64,000 nucleotides of DNA from an uncultured Gammaproteobacteria bacterium (lineage in GTDB: Bacteria > Patescibacteriota > Patescibacteriia > Patescibacteriales > UBA12465), in contig CAZIJG010000002.1 of assembly GCA_964539545.1 (NCBI GenBank), positions 6,624 to 70,623 of the forward strand. The letters are read 5' to 3'. Below the pieces are notes generated by a model. The model saw nothing but the letters and a program-made list of their open reading frames with translations. It was not told the DNA's origin and did not search any database. Made by a program: the position numbers and the translations under genes. Positions 56,860 through 64,000 of this stretch are shown one piece after another (position 1 is the first letter of the stretch; the number at the start of each line of letters is the position of its first letter).

Positions 56860-57597
56860 ATGAATGAAAGAATATCTCAAATTGAGAATAAACTAAAGGA
56901 AGATGATTGGTATAGAGTTGCTTTTTTAGGAGATTCTATTACGTCCACAGAATGGGTATATCCAAACTGGAGAGGGATAATGGAGGTTGTGTTAAAAGAG
57001 CAGCTAGGAGAAGTTGCGGGAGAGTGGAGCGCTCCGTGGTGGAAGGTTAGGTGTTACAATGCAGGATTTAATGGGATAACAACAAAAAAGATAATTGACT
57101 ACGTGGATGAAGAGCTCGCTAACTATAAACCTAATTTGGTTATTTTTGTAGATACATATAATGATAAATACCATAAGATTATGCCGGCTGCACATAAAAA
57201 GAACTTAGCAGTGATTTTTGATAAACTAACTAGAATTTCTAAAGATATAGTATTTGCCTCATCAATCAGTAGACTTAAAGAGGCTGCAAATATCGAAAAT
57301 AAGGCCTACAGAGAGGCATCAGAGGAGGTTATTAAGGAATATGAGGGGAAAGTACAGTTTATTGATATGTCTTCTCAATATGCGGAATTTGATCTAAGAA
57401 AGCTTTTTACGTTTATTTCGGAAGATGGAAATAAAGACGCAGGGATCAAGCCAGGCGAAGTTGACTTCAGTCATCCAAATCAATTAGGCAATGCTTATAT
57501 TGCAAAAATTATGTTAAAAGAAATTTTTGATATAGACTTTGATCCAGAGTTATTTATAAAAGAAACCCTAGAAGGTAAGAAATACCCATCATATTAG
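56860..57597 (+). CDS. SGNH/GDSL-family hydrolase
   Basis: VAFLGDSITS (GDS-block I), later DxxH-like block; 245 aa. Confidence 0.6.
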   Translation: MNERISQIENKLKEDDWYRVAFLGDSITSTEWVYPNWRGIMEVVLKEQLGEVAGEWSAPWWKVRCYNAGFNGITTKKIIDYVDEELANYKPNLVIFVDTYNDKYHKIMPAAHKKNLAVIFDKLTRISKDIVFASSISRLKEAANIENKAYREASEEVIKEYEGKVQFIDMSSQYAEFDLRKLFTFISEDGNKDAGIKPGEVDFSHPNQLGNAYIAKIMLKEIFDIDFDPELFIKETLEGKKYPSY

Positions 57598-57659
57598 ATT
57601 TTTATTTTCTATTAGAGGTGGAAGAGAAAATTATTATATAAAATTTATGTTTTCTAGAG

Positions 57660-57676
57660 TGTTCCTCGAGGAACAT
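57660..57676. repeat. palindrome P2 right copy TGTTCCTCGAGGAACA
   Basis: identical core to 56662-56677. Confidence 0.7.
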
Positions 57677-57680
57677 CGAC

Positions 57681-57742
57681 TTTAGTCCAGGCTACCTTGG
57701 ACTTATCAACACTTTAGTCCAGGCTACCTTGGACTTTTCTTT
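57681..57742. repeat. two tandem copies of palindromic repeat P1 (32-bp period); second copy followed by T run (likely terminator of GDSL gene)
   Basis: actttagtccaggctaccttggacttatcaac / actttagtccaggctaccttggacttttcttttttt. Confidence 0.7.
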
Positions 57743-57882
57743 TTTTGAACCAATATTAGCTAATTTGACAACTCTGTCAAGTTGTGGAAAACTTATTGAT
57801 AACTTCTTGTTTTTATGTTAATCTTGCCTTTTTAGTTTAAATGCATTACAATAACCTTACTTAAAATTAATTCTTAAAATAT

Positions 57883-58842
57883 ATGTACGATACTATTATT
57901 ATTGGCTCTGGACCAGCTGGAATGACTTCCGCAATTTATGCTGCTCGTAGAGAGATGAAGACTTTAGTAGTTGGGAAAGAACTAGGAGGACAGTTGGTTT
58001 GGGCCTCAGAAATAGAAAATTATCCAGGGTTTAAAACAATAAGCAGTTTTGAACTAATTTCTAAGCTACAAGAGCAAGTTTCTGCTCTAGGCGTGGAATT
58101 TAAGCAAAAAGAGATATCAAAAATAGTAAAAGAAGAAGATAATACTTTTACTCTACATACCTCCAAAGAGACTTTAAAGGCTAAGACAGTAATTATTGCT
58201 ATGGGTTTGTCTCCTCGGCGATTGGCAATCCCTGGAGAAGAAGAATTTAATGGTAAAGGAGTCTCATATTGTGCTAATTGTGATGGTCCTTTTTATAAAG
58301 AAAAGACTGTAGCTGTGGTTGGTGGGGGTAATTCTGCTCTAGATGCAGCTGAAATATTGTCAAAAATAGGGAAAAAAGTCTATTTACTCCATAGAAGTGG
58401 AGAATTTAGAGCTTTTGAAGCCTTAATTAGAGAAGTAAACGCTAGAGGAAATATAGAAGTAATGATGAATATCGATATTAAAGAGGTTTTAGGGTCAAAT
58501 AAGATGGAAAAAATAAAAATAGTTAATAATCAGACAAATAAAGAGCAAGAAATTGAAGTTGATGGTATTTTTATAGAAATTGGTAGAACTGCTAATACAG
58601 ATCTTGTGGCTGAATTAGTTGAAAGGAATAAAAAGAAAGAAATAATGGTAGATGAACTTTGTAGAACGAATACTCCAGGTTTGTTTGCAGCTGGAGATGT
58701 GACTCAAGTAATGTTTAAACAAATTCCTATAGCCATGGGACAAGCAACGACAGCAGCATTGGCTGCCTATCAGTATTTACAGTTAAAAGAAGATAAGCCA
58801 GTAAACGTTTCAGATAAGAGTAAATCAAAAACAGAGAAATAA
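57883..58842 (+). CDS. trxB: thioredoxin-disulfide reductase (CANC redox motif)
   Basis: IIIGSGPAGMTSAIYAAR FAD motif; YCANCDGPF redox-active disulfide; VVGGGNSA NADPH motif. Confidence 0.85.
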   Translation: MYDTIIIGSGPAGMTSAIYAARREMKTLVVGKELGGQLVWASEIENYPGFKTISSFELISKLQEQVSALGVEFKQKEISKIVKEEDNTFTLHTSKETLKAKTVIIAMGLSPRRLAIPGEEEFNGKGVSYCANCDGPFYKEKTVAVVGGGNSALDAAEILSKIGKKVYLLHRSGEFRAFEALIREVNARGNIEVMMNIDIKEVLGSNKMEKIKIVNNQTNKEQEIEVDGIFIEIGRTANTDLVAELVERNKKKEIMVDELCRTNTPGLFAAGDVTQVMFKQIPIAMGQATTAALAAYQYLQLKEDKPVNVSDKSKSKTEK

Positions 58843-58861
58843 TAATTAGACATAAGAAAAA

Positions 58862-58888
58862 TGCCTTAAATAAAGGCGTTTTTTATTT
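58862..58888 (+). terminator. Rho-independent terminator of trxB
   Basis: gcctt aaataa aggc + gttttttatttt. Confidence 0.5.
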
Positions 58889-58940
58889 TTATAAAATTGT
58901 ATAAATGTGTTATAATTTAAAAAAATAACCTTTCTTTTTT

Positions 58941-60272
58941 ATGACTCAACATAAACATGACAAGAAGGCCTATATTTTGGCTGTAGATATGGGCTATGGG
59001 CATCAAAGAGCTTCTTATCCCCTGAAAGATATTAGCGAAGGAGAGATACTAAGTGCTAATAATTATCCAGGAATAGATCCTAAAGAAAGAGACAGCTGGA
59101 ACAAAGGCAGAAAATTATATGAAATAATTTCCTATTTTAAAAAAGTTCCCGTTTTTGGTAAATTAGTTTTTTCTGCAATGGACTATTTTCAGAAAATAGA
59201 CAGATTTTACCCTAAGAGAGATTTATCTAAACAGTCTTTTCAACAAAAGCATTTTGTGAAAAGAATTAAGAAAGGGACTGGCAAAGGATTAATTGAGAGA
59301 TTGAATAAGAATCCTTTACCATTAATAACTACATTTTTTGTTAGCGCTTACTTTGCTGAATATTATAATTATAAGGGAAATATATATTGCGTGGTTTGTG
59401 ATGCGGATGTTTCTAGGGCTTGGGCCCCAGTCAATCCCGCTACTAGTAGGATAAAATATTTAGCACCCAATAAAAGAGTTAAAGAAAGACTAGAGTTGTA
59501 CGGAGTCAATCCTAAAAATATTTTTATTTCAGGGTTTCCTCTACCAAAAGAAAATATTGGAGGAAGACAGAAAAAGATATTAAGAAAAGACCTAAAAAAT
59601 AGGATTTTTAAACTAGACCCCCAGGGGGTGTATAGGAAAAAGTATGCTAAGTTGATTGAAGATTACCTATGTCCGATTTCAGAATTTGAAGATCCTAAGC
59701 GTCCACTAACTATAACATTCGCAGTTGGTGGAGCTGGTGCCCAAAGAGATTTGGGGGCTCAAATAGTAAAAGGTCTAAAAAAAGAACTAACAGAAGATAA
59801 AATAAAATTGAACTTAGTTGCTGGTAGCCGTGGAGATGTTTATGATTTTTTTACGGATACTATAAAAAAATATTCAGAAAATGTTCGTAAAAATGTTGAA
59901 ATTATTTATCATCCAGATAAAATGGAATATTTTAGACTGTTTAATGAGGCTCTAAGAATTACAGATATATTATGGACAAAGCCTTCAGAGCTGACTTTCT
60001 ATAGCGGATTAGGAATCCCAGTTATTATGTCTAGTCCAATCGGTTCTCAGGAGCATTACAATCGTGAATGGTTATTGGCTATTGGAGCTGGTATTAATAG
60101 TAAAAATCCAAAATATGTCAATGAATGGTTATTTGATTGGTTAGATTCAGGTTGGTTGGCCGAGGCAGCTATGCAAGGATTTTTAGATGCTCCAAGTCTA
60201 GGAACCTATAATATTGAAGACACGGTTTTATATAATAAAGTTCAAGAGATTGATTCTCTTCACTTACTATAA
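58941..60272 (+). CDS. GT-B fold glycosyltransferase, MGDG-synthase/UgtP-like (GT28-type)
   Basis: N-terminal ILAVDMGYGHQRAS (G-x-GH), C-terminal ILWTKPSELTFYSGLGIPVIMSSPIGSQEHYNREWLLAIGAGI (TKPG-x-T...E...GxPxI...QE.N pattern). Confidence 0.45.
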   Translation: MTQHKHDKKAYILAVDMGYGHQRASYPLKDISEGEILSANNYPGIDPKERDSWNKGRKLYEIISYFKKVPVFGKLVFSAMDYFQKIDRFYPKRDLSKQSFQQKHFVKRIKKGTGKGLIERLNKNPLPLITTFFVSAYFAEYYNYKGNIYCVVCDADVSRAWAPVNPATSRIKYLAPNKRVKERLELYGVNPKNIFISGFPLPKENIGGRQKKILRKDLKNRIFKLDPQGVYRKKYAKLIEDYLCPISEFEDPKRPLTITFAVGGAGAQRDLGAQIVKGLKKELTEDKIKLNLVAGSRGDVYDFFTDTIKKYSENVRKNVEIIYHPDKMEYFRLFNEALRITDILWTKPSELTFYSGLGIPVIMSSPIGSQEHYNREWLLAIGAGINSKNPKYVNEWLFDWLDSGWLAEAAMQGFLDAPSLGTYNIEDTVLYNKVQEIDSLHLL

Positions 60273-60283
60273 TCTAAAAATAT

Positions 60284-61219
60284 ATGAGTTGGTTGATTAT
60301 TGCTATAATTGCTTATTTTTTATTAGCAATTGTTAATTTATTTGATAAATTTTTATTAGACAAGGCTTTGCCGAGTAGTCGAGCCTATACTTTTTTAGTT
60401 GGATGTTTAGGAATGATGGTGTTTGTGGCAGCTCCTTGGTTTTTAGAATGGCCAGGCTGGGGCTGGATGTTATTTAATCTATTGATTGGCGCTTTATTCC
60501 CTTTGGCGCTTCTTTTATTTTATAGAGCCTTAAAAAAGGGTGAGGCTTCTAAAGTCCTATTGTTAGTTGGTGGTGCAGTGCCTATTTTCACTTTGATATT
60601 TTCTTTGGGATTGCTTAATGATAGATTTAGTTCACAGCAATGGATAGCTTTAGCTTTCCTATTAGCAGGAACAGTCCTTATTACCTGGATACCGGAAAAA
60701 CAGAGTTTTTGGCACAGAGCTTTATTAGCTCTTAGGGTAAAAAAGAAGCCCTCTACTAAGGGACTTATGGTAGCTCTGGGAGCAGCAGTCTTTTATGCAT
60801 TGTTTTTTATTGGTAGTAAAGAAGCTTTTAATAATCAGGATTTCTTTAGCAGTTTTATTTGGATTAGAGCCGGAAGTTTTTTATTTGTTTTATTTTTATT
60901 AGCTCATAGAAAATCTCGTCAAGAAATTTTTGGTAATCTGAGCAAGCTAACTCTAAAGAAGGGTGGTTTATTTTTTGGCAATCAAGGAGTGGCAGCTGGA
61001 GCTTTTTTATTGCAGAATTATGCTATTAGTTTGACGTCAGTAGCTCTAGTTAACGCCTTACAAGGAGTGCAATATGTTGTTATTATAGTCCTAGGAGTAA
61101 TAGCTACTTTGTTTACTCCACATATCTTGAAAGAAAATATATCTCGGGCTGTTATATTACAAAAAATATTAGCTGTTGGTCTGGTGGCCATTGGTTTATA
61201 TTTTATGGCCTATTCTTAA
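60284..61219 (+). CDS. integral membrane protein (10 TM, possibly DMT/EamA-like)
   Basis: hydropathy only. Confidence 0.45.
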   Translation: MSWLIIAIIAYFLLAIVNLFDKFLLDKALPSSRAYTFLVGCLGMMVFVAAPWFLEWPGWGWMLFNLLIGALFPLALLLFYRALKKGEASKVLLLVGGAVPIFTLIFSLGLLNDRFSSQQWIALAFLLAGTVLITWIPEKQSFWHRALLALRVKKKPSTKGLMVALGAAVFYALFFIGSKEAFNNQDFFSSFIWIRAGSFLFVLFLLAHRKSRQEIFGNLSKLTLKKGGLFFGNQGVAAGAFLLQNYAISLTSVALVNALQGVQYVVIIVLGVIATLFTPHILKENISRAVILQKILAVGLVAIGLYFMAYS

Positions 61220-61225
61220 TATAAT

Positions 61226-62233
61226 ATGAAAAGAAAAACTACTATTTGGATTATTGTTTTAGTTGCTTTGATTATTGGCTTAGTTTGTTTAGTTAAAGTT
61301 CCTAAATATTATCCTAGTGAAATAACTCTTGATGTTCCTCAAAATTTTTTTGGGGTTACTTTTTCTAAAAAGTTTGCAGAAGAGTTAGAATTAGATTGGC
61401 GTGAAGCCTTTATTGCCACTATAGACGACTTAGATGTTAAATACATTAGATTACCAATTTACTGGGATGAGGTAGAAAGGGCTAATGGAGTTTTTGATTT
61501 TTCAAATTATGATTACATGATAAAACAAGGAGAAATAAGGGATGTAAAGTTTATTTTAAACTTAGGATTTAGACTGCCGCGTTGGCCAGAATGTCATATT
61601 CCTCAATGGACAGAAAGATTAGATGAAGAAGCTAAACGGGCGGCGGTTCTAGATTACTTAAAAGTGGCTGTAGGTAGATATAAGTATAATACTAACGTAG
61701 TTTATTGGCAGGTAGAGAACGAACCGTTCCTGGGTAGCTTTGGTATCTGTCCAGAGTTTGATCAGAATTTTTTGAAACAGGAAATAGACCTAGTAAAAGA
61801 GTTGGATGATAGAGAAATTATTATTTCTGCTTCAGGCGAGTTAGGTGGTTGGTATAAAGAAGGCAAACTAGCCGATATTTTTGCTACTACCATGTATAGA
61901 GTTGTTCATAATTCATGGTTTGGCTATTTCAGATACCCATTCCCAGTTGAGTTTTATAACTTTAAAGCTAGGGCCACCGGAAACAACCTAGAAGAGAGCT
62001 TTATTATTGAATTGCAAACAGAGCCCTGGGTTCCTTCAGGAACTATGATGGACTTAACTGAAAAACAAATAGATAAGTCTATGAGTTTAGATCAATTTAA
62101 GGCCAATTTACAATATGCTATTAACACTGACTTCAAACAGACTTATTTATGGGGTGTAGAATGGTGGTATTGGCAGAAATTAAATGGTGATGGTAAATAT
62201 TGGCGGTTAGCTAAAACATTATTTGCAGATTAA
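61226..62233 (+). CDS. membrane-anchored glycoside hydrolase, clan GH-A-like (ENEP catalytic motif)
   Basis: N-terminal TM; VVYWQVENEPF with conserved NEP acid/base signature; W-rich. Confidence 0.5.
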   Translation: MKRKTTIWIIVLVALIIGLVCLVKVPKYYPSEITLDVPQNFFGVTFSKKFAEELELDWREAFIATIDDLDVKYIRLPIYWDEVERANGVFDFSNYDYMIKQGEIRDVKFILNLGFRLPRWPECHIPQWTERLDEEAKRAAVLDYLKVAVGRYKYNTNVVYWQVENEPFLGSFGICPEFDQNFLKQEIDLVKELDDREIIISASGELGGWYKEGKLADIFATTMYRVVHNSWFGYFRYPFPVEFYNFKARATGNNLEESFIIELQTEPWVPSGTMMDLTEKQIDKSMSLDQFKANLQYAINTDFKQTYLWGVEWWYWQKLNGDGKYWRLAKTLFAD

Positions 62234-62942
62234 TATGATTTTATCTATAATTATTCCTACTTTAAACGAAGAAAAATACTTACCTAGATTGCTAAAATCA
62301 ATTTATGGTCAGAAAGATTTTTTGGATTTTGAAGTAATTGTTTCCGATGGTAACTCAAAAGACAAAACCCAAGAGATTGCCAAAAGTTTTGGCTGCAAGG
62401 TTATTACAAATAATAAGAGACACCCTTCTTATCAAAGAAATGACGGTGCTAAAGTAGCGAGAGGCGAATTATTATTATTTTTGGATGCAGACACAGGTAT
62501 TCCAGATAATTTTTTAGGTCCAATAGTAAAAGAGTTTAAAAATAGAAAACTAGTTGGAGCTGGGTTCTATATAAAAGTAAAATCGAAAAAAGGATTTTAT
62601 AGGAGAATGACTAAATGCCTCAATTTTTTATTTTGGTTAGGACAAATTATTAGGCCAGCCTATGTCGGCATTGCTATGATGGCGAGAAAAGAAACACATG
62701 TGAAAGTAAAAGGTTTTGATGAAACAATTTTTGTTGGTGAAGATTATGATTATAGTTACAAGTTGTTTAAACAAGGTAAAGTAAAAATGATAAAGTCTAG
62801 TTTTGTGTATTATTCTTTACGGAGGTTGGAAAAGGAAGGAAAATGGAAGGTTATTGGAAGATGGGGTAAAGGGACTTGGTACGTATTAACTAAAGGGCCT
62901 ATCAAAAAAAAAATAGTGAAGTATGATTTCGGCGATTATTAA
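62223..62942 (+). CDS. glycosyltransferase family 2
   Basis: IIIPTLNEEKYLPRLLKSI, DGNSKD, LFLDADT (DxD). Confidence 0.8.
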   Translation: MQINMILSIIIPTLNEEKYLPRLLKSIYGQKDFLDFEVIVSDGNSKDKTQEIAKSFGCKVITNNKRHPSYQRNDGAKVARGELLLFLDADTGIPDNFLGPIVKEFKNRKLVGAGFYIKVKSKKGFYRRMTKCLNFLFWLGQIIRPAYVGIAMMARKETHVKVKGFDETIFVGEDYDYSYKLFKQGKVKMIKSSFVYYSLRRLEKEGKWKVIGRWGKGTWYVLTKGPIKKKIVKYDFGDY

Positions 62943-62965
62943 TAGTTGAATAACATAAATAAAAA

Positions 62966-62992
62966 AGAGGATTATATTTCCTCTTTTTATTT
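62966..62992 (+). terminator. Rho-independent terminator
   Basis: aagagga ttatattt cctcttt + ttattttt. Confidence 0.55.
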
Positions 62993-63054
62993 TTAAAATT
63001 GAATATTAGTCTTTTGAGTTGACCATAGAGAATAAATATGTAAGAATGATCTAA

Positions 63055-63450
63055 TTGATCTTTTTAAACAGTAGAAATCTTAAATATATTATGATGAACG
63101 AAAAACTATTTCCCCCGTATTTGAATTCACCATTTTCCGGTGATACCGACTTTGTAGAAGGAGTTCGTGGACCAGCAGTATTTGTTGTAAAGTGTCTTTT
63201 AATAGGTTTCGGTTATAATTGCGGTTTTGCTTTAAATCAAGAATTTTGTAAATATTTGACTAAAGCAATTAAACTTTTTCAGGAAGACAACGGTATCGAT
63301 GCAGATGGTAATTTTGGGCCAGCTACACGAAAGGCGTTTGATAGCATGTTCAATACAAATTTGGACATGATTGAAAGAGATGTGCTTTATGGCAAAGACT
63401 TTGCTCTACAGCCTGAGCCTAACGGAAAAATAAAGGAATGGCCGGTTTAG
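63055..63450 (+). CDS. peptidoglycan-binding (PG_binding_1) domain protein; start may be at internal Met ~63091
   Basis: LTKAIKLFQEDNGIDADGNFGPATRKAF matches PG_binding_1 helical repeat. Confidence 0.5.
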   Translation: MIFLNSRNLKYIMMNEKLFPPYLNSPFSGDTDFVEGVRGPAVFVVKCLLIGFGYNCGFALNQEFCKYLTKAIKLFQEDNGIDADGNFGPATRKAFDSMFNTNLDMIERDVLYGKDFALQPEPNGKIKEWPV

Positions 63451-63893
63451 TCATTCTTAATCATTAAGATAATAAAAACAGTCTAGAAAAGGCTGTTTTT
63501 TTCTTATTAAATAAAAAAGACCGTTTTATTAGCTGATTGTTAGTTTAAAATATAATGGAGGCCAGCAGTGAAGATTGACAAGACCAATGGTATAACGTTA
63601 ATATTTTATATTATCCAGGTCTTTAAAATAGAAAATAAAGTTTAACAAATATAGATATTATGGAACTAAGAAGAATTCAATTTTTAACTTTTATCCAATA
63701 AAGACAGCCCTTTCCAAGGCGATTTTTATGTGTGGAGTATCGACATGAATGGTAATCAAACCTCTTTTAAGGTTAGATTGTTGGACGAGGTTAAATATTC
63801 TGTTTTTACGAATTGACAAAGACTAAAAAGTATGCTATTTTAATATAATTAACTTTGTAAATATTAACAATTAAATATAGGAGACTGTAGACA

Positions 63894-64000
63894 ATGACAA
63901 CAACACTGATTGCAATTTTTGTTTTATTAGCAATTTTTATTGCTATTAGTATTTTCTTGGTAAAAGAGATGCTAAAGAAATTTGGATTTATGAGGAAATT
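63894..64000 (+). CDS. hypothetical membrane protein, 5' partial (runs off window end)
   Basis: AGGAG SD 8 nt upstream of ATG; MTTTLIAIFVLLAIFIAISIFLVKEM... TM helix. Confidence 0.4.
   Translation, partial: MTTTLIAIFVLLAIFIAISIFLVKEMLKKFGFMRK

Noticed and set aside
1-64000. CRISPR arrays, transposases, integrases, alternative genetic code (UGA recoding)
   Set aside because: No regularly spaced repeat-spacer array seen. No DDE/tyrosine-recombinase-like ORFs. Conserved genes end at TGA/TAA/TAG with full-length products, consistent with code 11.

Overview
This is an AT-rich, gene-dense bacterial window (roughly 30-35% GC by eye) that uses the standard genetic code. Gene content and style fit a reduced-genome Patescibacteria/CPR-like lineage. 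The window spans the chromosomal replication origin region: dnaN and dnaA lie on the minus strand with DnaA-box-like 9-mers between them, and rpmH-rnpA-yidD-yidC runs divergently from dnaA. A long minus-strand block carries translation and housekeeping genes. These are rpsA (truncated at the window start), RNase J, secG-rplT-rpmI-infC-tRNA-Gly, tRNA-Leu-ssrA(tmRNA)-smpB-tig, an H+-pyrophosphatase and nusA. Other recognisable genes include recQ, folD, glyA, an Elp3-like radical-SAM/GNAT enzyme, purB, trxA and trxB. There are several thiol-disulfide proteins (DsbA-like, Trx-CcdA fusion) and a CsoR/CstR-family regulator. Envelope functions include PBP1A, a flippase, glycosyltransferases, a UgtP-like enzyme, a GH clan-A hydrolase and two bactofilin-domain proteins. 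I found six tRNAs (Gly, Leu, His, Arg-TCT, Arg-CCT, Ala) and a tmRNA by eye. None of these RNA genes appears in the ORF track, and neither does the short rpmH gene. The loci that look least ordinary are listed here. (1) Two consecutive gene cassettes (43.0-44.55 kb) next to tRNA-His/tRNA-Arg share conserved upstream and downstream flanking modules but carry different cargo: an amidase_2 peptidoglycan hydrolase, and a secreted protein whose C-terminal tail is encoded by an anomalously GC-rich patch. (2) Inverted and tandem copies of palindromic repeats bracket tRNA-Ala and a GDSL hydrolase. (3) A two-cysteine CsoR/CstR-like regulator with a G/C-tract dyad sits upstream of a thioredoxin with an atypical WCMPC motif. 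(4) A small gene bracketed by two terminators and a Cys-rich small ORF between two tRNAs are absent from the ORF track. I saw no CRISPR array, transposase or integrase. All calls rest on reading the sequence and on motif recognition, with no database search.
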